64,000 nucleotides of DNA from contig OX597814.1 of NCBI GenBank assembly GCA_951406725.2, positions 8,990,001 through 9,054,000 of the forward strand. The letters are read 5' to 3'. Made by a program: the position numbers and the translations under genes. Shown piece by piece: positions 48,783 to 62,003 of the stretch. Source of the DNA: Octopus vulgaris (taxonomy: Eukaryota). Positions within the stretch are counted from its first letter, which is position 1, and every line of letters starts with the position of its first letter. The notes under the pieces were generated by a model, which had not been told where the DNA came from, did not search any database, and saw only the letters and a program-made list of their open reading frames with translations.

Positions 48783-49124
48783 TTAAAACATTATCACAGT
48801 AAGATTCATTATAGCAATATGAACGCTTACATACTATCGTAATCATCATCATTTAAGATCCATTGTCCATGCTGGCATGTGTTGAACTGTTTCAACAGAT
48901 CTGTCAAAGTGGAGAGCTGCTCCAGGCATCAGTCTGATATGACAAGCTTTCTACAGTTGGATGTCCTTCCTAATACCAACCACTTTACAGAGTGTGTTGG
49001 ATGCTTTTATGTGGCACCCCACAAACACTTATTCAAGGCACCCCATGGGTGCTTTTATGATGTTATTATTATTATTGAGGCGTTGTGCTTCCAGTAGAAA
49101 GGCTAATTATCATTATTATTATTA

Positions 49125-49493
49125 TGAGAGAGCAGTGCATACCATCAAAGTGACACTGGGGTAAAATATACAAAGCCCAGTATACTCATCATGACTACCT
49201 GTCTGATAAGGGTACACCAGGCACATGCATCACAACTATATGTTCGTGACATGGACGATAATCCCTCACAACACATAGCTATGATGCTCCCCCACTACTT
49301 CTGCTCATGATCAGAGATGCACATATCGTCAGCCACTAAGGGACATGCTCGACTGGTTAAGGTCAAACAACTAACAAGCAAATCAGTGGTATTGAGCAGA
49401 ATATTTGCTGCACAAAACAATGTACATGATAACACTTCCAATCAGTTAAGATCAGAAGCCACGAGAGACACTGCCTGGTACTGCATCAGGGCA
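49125..49493. mobile_element. Non-coding interspersed repeat flanked by (TTA)n (internally deleted copy)
   Basis: Same termini as 55268-55821 (gagagagcagtgcat...ctgcatcagggca). Confidence 0.7.
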
Positions 49494-49754
49494 TTATTAT
49501 TATTATTATTATCATTATTATTATTATTATTATTATTATCATTATTATTATTATTATCATTATTATTATTATTATTATTATTATCATTATTATTATTATT
49601 ATCATTATTATTATTATCATTATTATTATTATTATTATCATTATTATTATTATTATTATGATTATTATTATTATTATTATTATTATTATACGTTTGACTT
49701 TTGCTTTACATTTGCACAAGCTGGCTTCAGACACCTCAAGAGACAACTTCCAAC

Positions 49755-49797
<43 letters not shown>

Positions 49798-50095
49798 GGC
49801 AGTGAGATGGCAGAATTGTTAGCACACCGGACAAAATGCTTGTTCTGAGTTCAAATTCCGCTGAGGTCAATTTTATCTTTCATTCTTTCAAGGTTGATAA
49901 TATAAGTACCAGTTGAACACTGGGGTCAATGTGATGGACTCATCCTCATCTCCCCAGAAGTGCCTTTGTGGCAAAAATTTGAAATTATCATTATTATCAT
50001 TATCATTATTATTATTATCATCATCATTATTATTATTATTATTATTGTCATTATTATTATTATGATTATTATTATTATTATTATTGTCATTATTA

Positions 50096-50141
<46 letters not shown>

Positions 50142-50188
50142 CATTATTATTATTATTATTATTATTATTGTTATCATCATTATTATTA

Positions 50189-50240
<52 letters not shown>

Positions 50241-50280
50241 CATCGTTATTATTATTATTATTATTATTAATATTATTATT
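49493..50280. repeat. (TTA/TCA)n microsatellite field with an embedded type B SINE (49797-49985)
   Basis: Directly visible. Confidence 0.9.
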
Positions 50281-50999
50281 GGCTTCACACATGGAATCCA
50301 CGTCTGAATCATCGCTGGTGAGTTTCCTCTAATTGTGTTTATCTTTTGCCATTTTTTTGGCTGCTGAAATTATTAACTAATTTTTGGCAGACGTATCCAA
50401 GTGTCTTCTAGAAGAGATTCATCCTGTTTTAATTACAGAATGGGATTTCTGCCCATTCCAAAATCTTTCCTGGATATATTTTCAATGTATTCCTTTCCAC
50501 AACATGGCCAGTACTCTTCTAAATAGTGTTTGTAGGAGAAAATGTATTTGTTTCCACATGTTCAAGAGACCCATGGTGAAGTAGTCAACCAAGCATTGAT
50601 GTTGTCAGTTCCTTTGACTTTTGCAAAGAACCTACGGACAATAACACCACCACCACCACCACCAACCCCACCACCACCAATATTGCCAACAACTGAAGTA
50701 AGACCATTGACACCAGTATGACCTGTGACATCTCCAACAACAACAACAATAACAAAATTAACAAGAACAACATGCACAACAATTATATTAGTAACGAAAC
50801 CAGCAGTAGCAACAACAACAATAATATTCTAACCATCAGCAGCAGTATCAGCATCAAACTTCACCTAAGAAAACTCTGACCAGATTGGAGTGCTTGCTTT
50901 TCCGATTCTTCTTGAAGGTTCAGGTTCCACTGGTCAGAAAATCCATCTTTTGTCACCTGTTACACTATGGTGGGATTGGGATGCCATCCTTAATGATGT

Positions 51000-51580
51000 G
51001 ACAGCACACTTTGAGACTGTCACACCTACACAAATACCTAGATCACTGAGTTTATGTGGGTGACAATGATGAAAATAAGGGTGACATGGTGTGGGTGTCC
51101 TACGTGTGACATGTCCTTCTGCAGCTCATCTCATTAGCAGAGCAGTAGTCATGGGTCAAGCATAGAGCTAGGGTCAGCATTTGGCATCTAGAATGTTGTT
51201 AGGCACTCATTGCATTGTACCAGATGCACAAAATCATTAGCTGGAAAGTAACCCAAGATTTCTATTGGGGATTAGTTGAGGGTGTGAATGAGGATGGCCT
51301 AGGATTGAATCTAGGCTTCAATGAGAACAGTCTGAGTAGTTTCTTTCAGAGGAACTTTGGGTTGAAGATTATGGACAGTTTCCAAAAGTCTTTGGTATAG
51401 CAGTGCTACAGAGGGGCACTGCCCTTTCGAGACAAGCTATTCAGGCATGGAAGTGCCAACAGTCAAATCTATTTGAGATGCTTGCAGGGGGATGAAACCG
51501 TCTTGCATTCAGTGTCCGTGCATTAGAGAGTTGTGGGAGTGTGTGGAGCAGCTGTTGCTGCATGCAAGATGAATTCAACT
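51000..51580 (+). mobile_element. Tx1/L1-like ORF2 C-terminal remnant
   Basis: YRGALPFRDKLFRHG....LRC.QGDETVLH..QCPCIRELW resembles the zinc-finger region downstream of L1/Tx1 RT. Confidence 0.55.
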
Positions 51581-54500
51581 GTCTGGTATTTTGCATGGGA
51601 TATGAGCAGTTCCCATGAGCACTATCTTTTGAATTTCTGCCATTTTTGGATTTCCTGATATCTGAGTTAGGTAGCAATCAGCCCCTTTTGCTATCATTCC
51701 CAGGGCACCTATAACAACATGTATTGTTTTAGTCTTCAGGTTCCACATTTTGCTGATTTCTATTTCCAGATCTTTATATTTGCTCAGTTTCTGGTAGGTC
51801 TTGACAGATACGTTTATATCAATTGGGACAGTAATATCAATGAGGAGGCATGTTCTTTGTCTGAAGTCTTTCAATATGATGTCTGGCCTATTTGCATCTA
51901 TCTTTCTGTCAGTGTGAATGGTGAAGTTCCAGAGGAGTGAGATGTGGTCATTTTCAAGCACTGGAGGTGGTTTGTGTTCCCACCAGTTTTTATCATGGGG
52001 CAAATCCAGGCTTTTGCAAATTACCCAGTGAATATATTGTGCAGCTCTATCACGCCTGTTGAGGTACTCTGTAGGCGCAAGAAGACTGCACTTGGAGATA
52101 ACATGATCAATGGTTTCATTTTGTTGTTGACATACACAACATGTTGGACTACTGCTGTTCTTTAATATGTTGGTCTGGTAGTTCCTTGTAGGTAGGCATT
52201 GATCTTGAGCTGCTATGATAAACCCTTCTGTTTCAGATTTTAAGCCAGAAGTCATTAACCATTGATGGGTCAGGGCTTTGTCAACATCTGCATTATTCGC
52301 TCTCTTTGGGTATTTGCCATAGAGAGGTTTTTCTTGCCATTTATCATTCAGAATATCTAAGGCCGCAGTTTTAGCACGGGTTTTCATGCGCTTAGCTTTT
52401 TCTGTGCTTGTTTCTTGTATGTCTATCTCTAATTCCGGAATTTGTTGTTTTCGGAATTCACTTAGATATTCCTTTGCCTGTTTTGTTACTGAGTATGATG
52501 CTTTCTTGTTTTCATGTTTTGAGACAACTTTTAACATCCAGTCCTCAGACTTTTTCAGGTAGGTGTCTAGGCCAATGGTAGCAATCTTCATTGTTATTGC
52601 CAGTTGTTAAAGTCCACAGCCTCCCTCTTTTCTTGGCAGATAAAGTCGTTCTGTATCTGCCTTAGGGTGGTGCATTCTATGCACTGTCAACAGTTTTCGT
52701 ATTTTTCTGTTAAGATTACATATTTCAGTAATTGACCAGTTAACGATATTGAAACTGTAAGTCACGACTGATATGGCTAAAGCATTGATCGCTTCGATGC
52801 TGTTTCTCGCATTCAGCTGTCTTGAGTATTGCTCTTACTCTGCGATAACATTCTCTCCTGATCCTTTCCTTCATCACTGAATGCCTTATTTCGTCCCCTT
52901 CAATTACCCCTAGGTACTTGTAGCTCTCCGCTGTGTCTAACTCTTTTATGACATTCTGCTGGTCAAGGTTAACGTTAGATGTTTCTGTCATTTTTCCTTT
53001 GATAAAGGTAGCTTTTGCACATTTATTGAGGCCAAATTGCATTCTGATGTCATCACTGAATTGTTTAACAATCGTTAGTAAGCCCTTGAGTTGTTGGTCA
53101 TTTTTTGCAAAGAGCTTTAAATCATCCCTGTAAATGAGATGATTTATATTTTTATCCAACATTTTATATCTGTACTGTGCGTCATTGAGCAATTTTGAGA
53201 GAGGTATTAAGGCTAAACAAAAGAGGAGTGGTGATAGTGAGTCGCCCTGGAAAATGCCACATGAAATTTTTACATCACCAGCATTTAGAGATTCATCGTC
53301 ACTGTTCAAAGTTAGTATGGTTCTCCATGATCTCATACTTACAGACAAAAAGTTTTGCAGAGTAGGTGCTATTTTATACATTTCCAGGCATTTATTAATC
53401 CAGCTATGTGGTAGGCTATAAAAACCTTTTTATATAGTCTATCCAGGCTATTGTCAAGTTTTTGTGTCGTTCGTGACAATCTTCTAAGATCATCTTATTG
53501 ACGAGCATCTGATCTTTACAACCATAAGACCCATGTTTACATCCTTTCTGTTCATTAGGGAATATGCTGCTGTCTATTAAAAAACTATAGGTATATTCCG
53601 TCAGGACAGATGTTAGCGTTTTATACATAGTTGTTAAGCTGGTTATGTTTACATCCTTTCTGTTCATTAGGGAATATGCTGCTGTCTATTAAAAAACTAT
53701 AGGTATATTCCGTCAGGACAGATGTTAGCGTTTTATACATAGTTGTTAAGCTGGTTATGGGTCTATAGTTTTTTGGTTCATTTATTTCTTCACTTTTTGG
53801 AAGCAGGAATGTTAACCCATTAACTAGCTAAGGAGGCATCCTACTAGGGTGTTGCAAAACATCATTGTAAAGTTCTGTTTGCAGTTCATGGCTCTCTGGG
53901 AAGGCATTCAACCAGAAGTTAGGAATTCTATCCTTTCCTGGAGACTTCCATTTGCTTGACCGCCTGAGAGCAGATCTTATATCTTCTACCTTGACACCCT
54001 CCCACTTTTGTTCCTCTAAGGAGTACAAGTCCATATATATTATATCAAGCCAAGGGGCCATTTTGTTGTGTTTTTTCTTCTGCACAAATTTTATTCCAAA
54101 ATCCCTGCACTTTTTCTTTTGATGGTACAGACTTTACAGTAACTGGTGTTTTCCCTATCTTCCTGTAAACATTTTTGGGGTTATTTTTGAACATGTTGTC
54201 TTTGAAGAATCTAACATGCTTTTCATACCTCGCTATGTGGGCAGCTTTAGCAGATAGCTTTTGCTTGATGGTTTACATATATATTTTCTTTAATTTTCCT
54301 TGATGGTTTAAATATTATATATTTTGTTTAATTTTTGGGTTATTGTAGGTTTGGTAGTCTTGTCAACCTTAAGGTTTTTCAAACATTCAATGTCAGACCT
54401 AAGTAGTTTAAATTGTTGTTGGATACGCGTTTACCAAGAAGGCTTTTTGTGGGAATGTTGCCGTTTTCTAATCTTTTCACCACATAGAATCGTTGAGATG

Positions 54501-55200
54501 TTCGCGGATGCATAATACAGGTGGTTGAGATCTGTGATATTAACATCATCATCATCATCATCATCGTTTAGCGTCCGCTTTCCATGCTAGCATGGGTTGG
54601 ACGGTTCAACTGGGGTCTGGGAAGCCAGAAGGCTGCACCAGGCCCAGTCAGATCTGGCAATGTTTCTACAGCTTGATGCCCTTCCTAATACCAACCACTC
54701 TGTGAGTGTAGTGGGTGCTTTTACGTGCCAGACGAGGCTGGGAAATGGCCACTATCGGATGGTGCTTTTTACATGCCACCGGCACGGGGGCCAGGCGAGG
54801 CTGGCAATGGCCACGATCGGATGGTGCTTTTTACGTGCCACCGGCACAAGGCCAGTTGGGGCGGCGCTGGCAACAGCCATGTTCGGATGGTTCTCTTATG
54901 TACCACCGGCACTGATATCACAGCTACAAATTCCATTGATGTTGATTGATTTCGATTTGGCAGTTTTACCAATTATTTTCATGTTTTGATTAGAGCTGCG
55001 GATTTTTGGGAGTGTATCGCGTTCATCCATACTGGTTTCTTTAATTTTCAGCCATTCAATCATGATTTGATTTTTTAGTTCACGTAGTTCTGTTGGGTCA
55101 ATATTTATGTGACTATCTTCATCTATTTGATGTTCATCTGTCTTAGTGTTTATGATTGGTTCAGGAAGCATTTCACTTTGCCTATCACTTATACTAACTT
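51580..55200 (-). mobile_element. R4/Dong-clade non-LTR retrotransposon (RT, CCHC, restriction-like endonuclease), decayed; interrupted by an RTE fragment at 54543-54955
   Basis: WKSPGKD..NFW, EQKGC, AWIDY, GIFQGDSLSPLLF, YRDD, YKYLG; AAQDQ, C-x2-C-x8-H-x4-C, RPDII, IDITVP, KLSKYKDL. Confidence 0.88.
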
Positions 55201-55267
55201 ATACTAACTGTGTATTTTTCTTCTTCTTCTTCTTCTTCTTCTTCTTCTTTTCATTATTATTATTAAG

Positions 55268-55821
55268 TGAGAGAGCAGTGCATGCCATCAAAGTGACACT
55301 GGGATAAAATATACGAAGCCCAGTATACACATCATGACTACCCGTCTGATAAGGGTACACTAGGGATATTCATCACAACCATATGTGCGTGACATGGTGA
55401 TCTCATATCAAAATAAACAGCACATGACCTTGCAGGTGGGGCCCAGTTAGAATTTTCCTCTGGTTGAGTAATCCATCCCACTCAAAATGTCCCTGAATAA
55501 GGGTTGTTTAAGGATGTTGAACGAACCACCCATGTTTACAAAGGTGAATTATCCAAACCACAAAAGAATTCCTCTCAACACATGGCTATGATGGTCCCCC
55601 ACTACTTCTGCTCATGATAAGAGATGCACACATTGTCAGCCACTAAGGGACATGCTCGACTGGTTAAGGTCAAACAACTGACAAGCAATTCTGTGGTATT
55701 GAGCAGATTATTTGCTGTAGCCCATCTTTTATACCAAGACAAAACAATGTACATGATAACACTTCCAATCAGTTAAGATCAGAAGCCATGACAGACACTG
55801 CCTGGTACTGCATCAGGGCAT
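55268..55821. mobile_element. Non-coding interspersed repeat flanked by (TTA)n (longer copy)
   Basis: Homologous to 49125-49493 with about 190 extra internal bases. Confidence 0.7.
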
Positions 55822-55825
55822 TATA

Positions 55826-55864
<39 letters not shown>

Positions 55865-56410
55865 TTCATTAGCATCTTCCTTTAATTCTATTTCTTGCCG
55901 AGTGTATTCTGACACCGAAGGTAGAGAAACTCACTGTATATATTGGTAAGCCATTAAAATAAACACACTAGATTGTTCATTTACAAAGTCATGTGATAGA
56001 GAAAAAGGGGAAGAAAGACATAGAGAAAGATAAAAAAGTAAACAAAGAAAATAATGGGGAAAAAAGTAAAGAAAATTCACAGCAACAATGCTCTCCTCAA
56101 TATGTGTGACCAGGTACCAGTTAAGACAATCTTTTGCACTTCCTGCATGGATGATAAGCCAGGGATCATTCTTAAATAATTTTCAGTTCCTGTTTTGATC
56201 ATTCCAAGTGCTCCTACAATCACTGGTATTGTAGCCATCTTGAGATGCCACATCTTTTTGATTTCAATCAGCAGATCTTTATATTTTCTGAGTTTATCAA
56301 ATTCTTTTGCTGAGACATCATAGTCACAATGTACGCTCACATCAATCAATAAACAGACTTTATTGTTTTGGTCTTTCACAGCAATATCTGGCTTATTTGC
56401 CTTGATGTGT
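55865..56410 (-). mobile_element. R4/Dong-type 3' end (RLE domain plus 3'UTR) abutting (TAA)n
   Basis: ORF 56077..56379 LLIDVSV..KLRKYKDLLIEIKKMWHLK..IPVIVGALG. Confidence 0.82.
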
Positions 56411-56499
56411 GAGTGTGTTGATGTGAGTCATGAGCTTTATTGTATTTCATTTTTGTTTATCCTTTTTGTATTTGGGGTTTTCCCTCATTATTACTGCAT

Positions 56500-57560
56500 G
56501 TTGTAAATGCAACTATGTCTGTGGAATCAGGGTTTGAATCTATGAAAGTATTTGGGTTTGAAGCAGATAAAAAGCGGGAGGTTGAGGAAAAGCTTCGTTG
56601 GAAGAGCTTTTGGGTGTTGTGTTCCATGTTCTCTGTTTTTGGCTGTGAGTAGAAAGCTCACAAGTGGCCAGTCTCCCCACACAAGTGTCACAGTAGATTT
56701 CTACTTCTTCCTCTCCTAGAAGGCAAAAGAGGTCTGGGGTCTTATGGATTGCACCTGGTTTAATGTGCACCTTCACACTGATCCCAGATTTATTTTCCTG
56801 CAGGGCCCTTTTCACTTCCAGTAGGCTATTACTCCCATTCAAATCAATACATGCTAAAATCCACCTTAAATTGACATCAGGTAGAACAGCCGTGATGTTT
56901 ATGTGCTCCATTATCTTCTCTAAATAGGATGGGTGGAGTACATACTTTTTGCTCTGACAAAGAACCATGGAGTGTTTGGCAACCAGAGTTTCAGTCTTGA
57001 AAAGCACTGAAGTATCCTCAAACTGTTTCCCCCTTGAGATATGTTGAATGCCTGGCATTATGTCTTTCAGTGCACCTTGCACATCTGCTTACCTAGCTGT
57101 CTCCTGCCGCCTTGTGCTTATAGAAATACATTTATGCATAACTGTTCTTTTTTTCTTTTTTTTGTCATTTCTGCCAACACCTTCGGCAGGATGGCAATGT
57201 CTACCTGCGTATTTCCCAGACTTGTCCATTTAGTTGCTTCATCCATGCAACTGCCCCTTCAAAGAATATTCATTTCAATTAGCTCAGTGATTTTTGCAGC
57301 CATTGCTGTGAATGTATTGTTGTTGTTAATGTTCTTGTTGCTATTCAGAATTTTATTCGTTGTAGTGGTAGAGACGGAGGAGTAGGCTGAGGTCAAATTC
57401 ATAGACTTGTTAATGTTGCTGATTGCCATCCTTGTTATGTTCCTGTTAAGTGCAGGTAATTCAGCTTCAGCTGTTATGTTGCCAAATCTGCTGTTGCCGA
57501 TTGTTGTCTTAGTGCTATTTTGGTCCACCGAACTTTGAACTTTGTGGGTACTCACCTCTC
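56500..57560 (-). mobile_element. Possible decayed LINE ORF1/gag-like fragment
   Basis: ORFs 57259..57555 (N/T-rich) and 56540..57082; weak resemblance to the minus strand of 50380-50600; no decisive motif. Confidence 0.35.
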
Positions 57561-57899
57561 ATTCTATTTTTACACTGAAGGCAGGTGGCACTACCACATC
57601 TCTCTTTCAGAGTTACCTCTTACTTTCTATCTCATGTCTTTCAGCAAAGCTGGCTTTAACATGTTTGGTTTTAAAATTAATTTTTTAGAAACAAAATAAA
57701 TATTTTCATTTTTCAGATTTGAGTTCTAAAAAGGGCACAAACAGCAAAACAAATCAAACCAATGCAATGCTGGTAGTTTTGACAGACATTTTATAAAAAT
57801 GATAAGCAATAAACAACTTTTGGAGACAATATTTTAAGGGCAGAAACATGAGCCAACAAAACTATGCATTCTGTTAAAATGAATAATCATCATCATCAT

Positions 57900-58107
57900 T
57901 TCTACTTTAGGCACAAGGCCTGAAATGGGTGGGGGCAGTTGATTACATCAACCCAGGTACACAAATGGTAATTGATTTATCGACCCCTGAAAGGATGACA
58001 GGTAAAGCTGGCCTCAGTGGAATTTGAACTCAGAACGTAAAGATGGACAAAATACTGCTAAACATTTTTCTCAGTGTGTTAACGATTCTGCCAGCTCACC
58101 TCCTTAC

Positions 58108-58142
<35 letters not shown>

Positions 58143-58350
58143 TATCCTTTCTATTATAGGCTTGAAATTTTGGGGGAAGGGGTAAGCAAATTATATTGAC
58201 CCCAGTGCATAACTGGTACTTATTTCATCAACCCCAAAAGGATAAATGATAAAATTAACCTTGGCTGAATTTGAACTCAAAATGTAGAGACAGGCAAAAT
58301 ACTGCTAACCATTTTGTGCATCATGCTAACAATTCTGGCAGCTAGCCAAC
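57900..58350 (-). mobile_element. Two tandem type B SINE copies separated by (TAA)n
   Basis: Both contain gaatttgaactca..aaatactgctaa..aattctg.cagct, the reverse complement of the SINE head. Confidence 0.75.
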
Positions 58351-58399
58351 TTAATAATGATGGTGGTGGTGGTGATAAATTGAAATAACAAGAGGTGAA

Positions 58400-59828
58400 A
58401 TGTCAATATTACATGAACCAATCTGTAGAAAGAAGAAATGCTTTCAGCAAAAGAAACATTGCAACAAAATCTCAAAAAATACAAAGATTTTAGAGAAGAA
58501 ACAAATTTTACAAACAAAGTAAACTGTTCACATCCAATGCGAAAACATTCTACAGAGAAATAAGGAAGGAGAAAATAAGCTTTGAAGATCCCCCTACCAT
58601 GGGAGAAGTTTAAAAGTTCTGGAAAAATATCTAGAATGATGAAAAGAGTTACAATTAAAATGCAGACTGGATTAGACACAGAAGGATCATACCAAAATTT
58701 ACCAGAACAAGCATGGGAAGACAATAGCAGACCTAAGGATGACACTCATGAAAGCCCATAAGTGGAAATCCCCTGGTAATGGTATGGTACCAAATTTCTG
58801 ACTTGTCTTGCTCTTATGCGCACAGGAAGAGTTAGTCCAGATATTCAATAAAATTATGAGAGATTCTGCAAAAACACCTGACTGGTTAGCAAGAGGTATT
58901 ACTTACCTTCTCCTGAAGAATAATGGAACCAACTTTCCCCAAGACTATCCACCCATGACATGTATAAAATTTTAACATCCATCCTCATGGAGAAAAACAT
59001 ACAAATTTATGGAACAGAATGATATTTTCCCCACTGAACAAAAAGGGTGCCGACAAGGCTCATATGGATGCAAAGACCAACTCTTAATGAATAGCATGGC
59101 CCTTGAGGAACTGTCATAGCAAATGCAGAAATATCAGTTCTGCATGGATTGATTATAAAAAAGGCCTTTGACAGCATGCTGCATTCATGGATCTTGAAAT
59201 CGCTGGATATCTTCCAAATTTCTCCTGTGATTTCACATTTCCTGAAGCACAACATGTCAATGTGGAATACAAATCTCCAGTTATACCACTCTGATGGAGT
59301 ACTGACCACAAAAGATATTAATATCAACTGTAGCATTTTCCAAGGTGACTCACTTTCATTCTTAATTTTCTGCATAGCCCCAATACTCATTACAAATGAA
59401 TTCAACAGAACAGGGTATGAATATTAAATTGGGAACAAGAAAACAAGTCATCTATTTTATGTGGATGACTTAAAACTCTGTGGCAAAGATGATAATGAGC
59501 TTGAAGGACTGCTACATACTGTGAAAGCATTTAGTGATGACATCAGGATGGAACTTGGTTTTGATAAGTGTGCCAAGGTCACTTTCCAGAAAGGAAAACT
59601 GAAGACCTCACATTCAGTGGAGTTGGATGTTGCCACAGTCATAGAAGAACTCGAGCAGGAACAGACAAATACCTTGGAATAAATGAGGGTTCTGGCATTC
59701 AGCATGCAAGAATGAAAGAGAAGGAATGGTAAAGGTGAGTTCAAGCAGTCCTAAAATCCAAGTTAAATGCAAATAACAAAGTGTTAGCTATGAAATCCTT
59801 AGCAGTTCCTGTTGTTATTTATAGTTTC
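58400..59828 (+). mobile_element. R4/Dong-type RT fragment
   Basis: WKSPG, EQKGC, KKAFDS..HSWI, IFQGDSLS, YVDDLKL, FGFDKCA-like motifs with frameshifts. Confidence 0.82.
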
Positions 59829-59839
59829 GGATCAATTAT

Positions 59840-60960
59840 CATTTGCCTATCATGGTCTGGTAAAGATCGGATTGTGGATTTATTACCACGCCATGCCTCT
59901 GCCACTCACGCCTAATGAATGGCTTTTGTCCCTCCATGTCTAAGATCATAGGCCTCAGCTCTGACAATGCAACAATTGTGTTTCGCATTGTAGAATTGGT
60001 TGAGCGCCACTCTCACTACAAGCACATCGGTCATAATGTTTTTTCTAAAAGCCTCGTCTAACTTTACTAGCTCTGCTTCTACTCATTTTCTTTCTACTGC
60101 TAATCCTTTGCTAAACGTTATCAATTCTACACTAACTGCCCTTTTCAGGGTGAACAACCATTTATTGCTGGCAATTGACCCTTGCAATACCCACTTAATT
60201 AGTTCGCTAATCCATTCTCTGAAATCTCTGCACATCAGCAATGAAGTGTTCAGCTTCCAATACCTGAGACCCTGTCTGTGAAGTCAACTGTACAGATCCC
60301 GAATTTGTGGTCTGTGCAGTCAACTACTTTAATATTGTCGATAACCTATACTATCCCTATCTCCTTCTCTACCCTATCTAGATACGATCTGGAAGACCCA
60401 GTGCCATACTGGCACATCAGTGAAATTCACTTGATACCTGTCAGATATTTGAAATTATTTGAGCAGATTTGTGAGGCTGTTTCACCCTCCTATCTGCTAA
60501 ACCCACACAGTCCCACTGTACATTTAAAATCCCATTCACATCTCCCACTAACACTAAAGAGTGGGATGTTTCCAGGAAAGTTTCTAGATGCCTGAAGAAA
60601 TCTGGTCATCCCACCCCTGTCGGGAAACAAGCCTGACAGTATGTCCTTCATTGCTGATCTTATCCAGCACCATTGACTTATCTTCCAGGTCCAGGAAAAC
60701 GGTCAGTATCACAAGATCCAGATTTTTTCAAAGCAACACAGCCACTCCACTCCTTGCTTCCAGATGAATTGGAGATGCATACACCTCATAGTCATCGTGA
60801 ATGGGTTGAAAGTCTTATGATTCAGATATTCTGGTTTCATTAATGGTCACCACATCAACATTCAGTGCCCTGAGGTTGTTGAGCAGGAGACTCTGCTTCT
60901 GCAGTGACCCCAAGTCACATGCATTCACAGTGACTATTCTGAATGTGACAATATTGTTGG
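59840..60960 (-). mobile_element. Tx1/L1-like APE endonuclease region, decayed
   Basis: Minus strand reads FRIVTVNACDLGS....LLLNNLRALNVDVVTINETR, an APE N-terminal pattern. Confidence 0.55.
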
Positions 60961-60996
60961 GAGAATAATAGGAATGAAAAAAACTTACCTGGTTTT

Positions 60997-61138
60997 TAAC
61001 ATTATTTACATTTGACAGATATTTGTCCTCATCTTGTTTGTTGTTAACATAACGTTTCGGCTGATATACCCTCCAGCCTTCATCAGGTGTCTTGGGGAAA
61101 TTTCAAACCTGGGTTCTCATTCCTGAGGTGTTTTTCGA

Positions 61139-61171
<33 letters not shown>

Positions 61172-62003
61172 GAGTGTTCAGGTCACTGCTTGGAATCGAA
61201 CTTGGAATCTTGAGGTTAAACACTACACTCTTAAACACTATGCCATATGCCCATGGGCAATTATGGAGTGAATTTTAGGGCTTATAAATCTAATATTTTC
61301 CTTAATACCGGTTCCCATATGCTGCTCATATCTGCCCTTGGTCTGCTTCAGAGGTTGTTGTGTCCTAGCATATGTGCTGCTTCTTTTAGTTTTCATATTT
61401 TCCAGTGGCATTCTCTGTGTATTATTTTAGCTTCATCCCAAAGGGGGAGGTGGTCTCTATTTTTCCATACATAATCAACTATACCTGATTTATCAATATC
61501 TCCTCATGTCACAGCTTTGCGATGTTCGTCTACCCTTATTTTGAGGGAGTGGCATGTTTCATATTTGTATAACCTACCACAGCTACATGGGATGGAGTAC
61601 ACGCAGTCTTTGATCATATTCTCTTCTATTGGTGGTTTTACTCGAAGGAGATATTTGCAAAGTGTTGTATTACTCTTGAACACTGTCCTGATGTCATATG
61701 GGTCACACATCTTTTGTATCTTTCCGGAGAGGCTTTTCACATAGGGTAGACAAACTGTGGACAGTTTATCGGTTTCATCCTCTCTCTTCTTCATAATTGG
61801 AGTGGATAGTATATAGTTTTGGGGTAGTTGTTGCTTAACAGATTGTTATTGAGCTTGATCATTTCTTCGTGGAGTGTATCAGGATCACTACTTATATTCT
61901 TTGCACAATGTTTTAGGCACTGAGCAATCCCTTTCTTTACACTGTATGGATGGTGAGAATTGAAGTTGAGGTATCGTTCAGTAAAGGTCAGCTTGTGGTA
62001 TAC
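60997..62003 (-). mobile_element. PLE 3' fragment (left arm of inverted pair)
   Basis: ORF 61504..61794 CLPYVK..CVYSIPCSCGRLY..ET...L..RV.EH; homologous to 62165-63212. Confidence 0.88.
61046..61091 (-). ncRNA. Minimal PLE-type hammerhead motif
   Basis: acac-CTGATGA-a-ggctg-gagggtatat-cagcc-GAAACGTT-atgt. Confidence 0.75.

Noticed and set aside
55268-55821. HDV-like ribozyme in the (TAA)n-flanked repeat
   Set aside because: Only a 6-bp candidate P1 was found; I could not build the nested double pseudoknot by eye.
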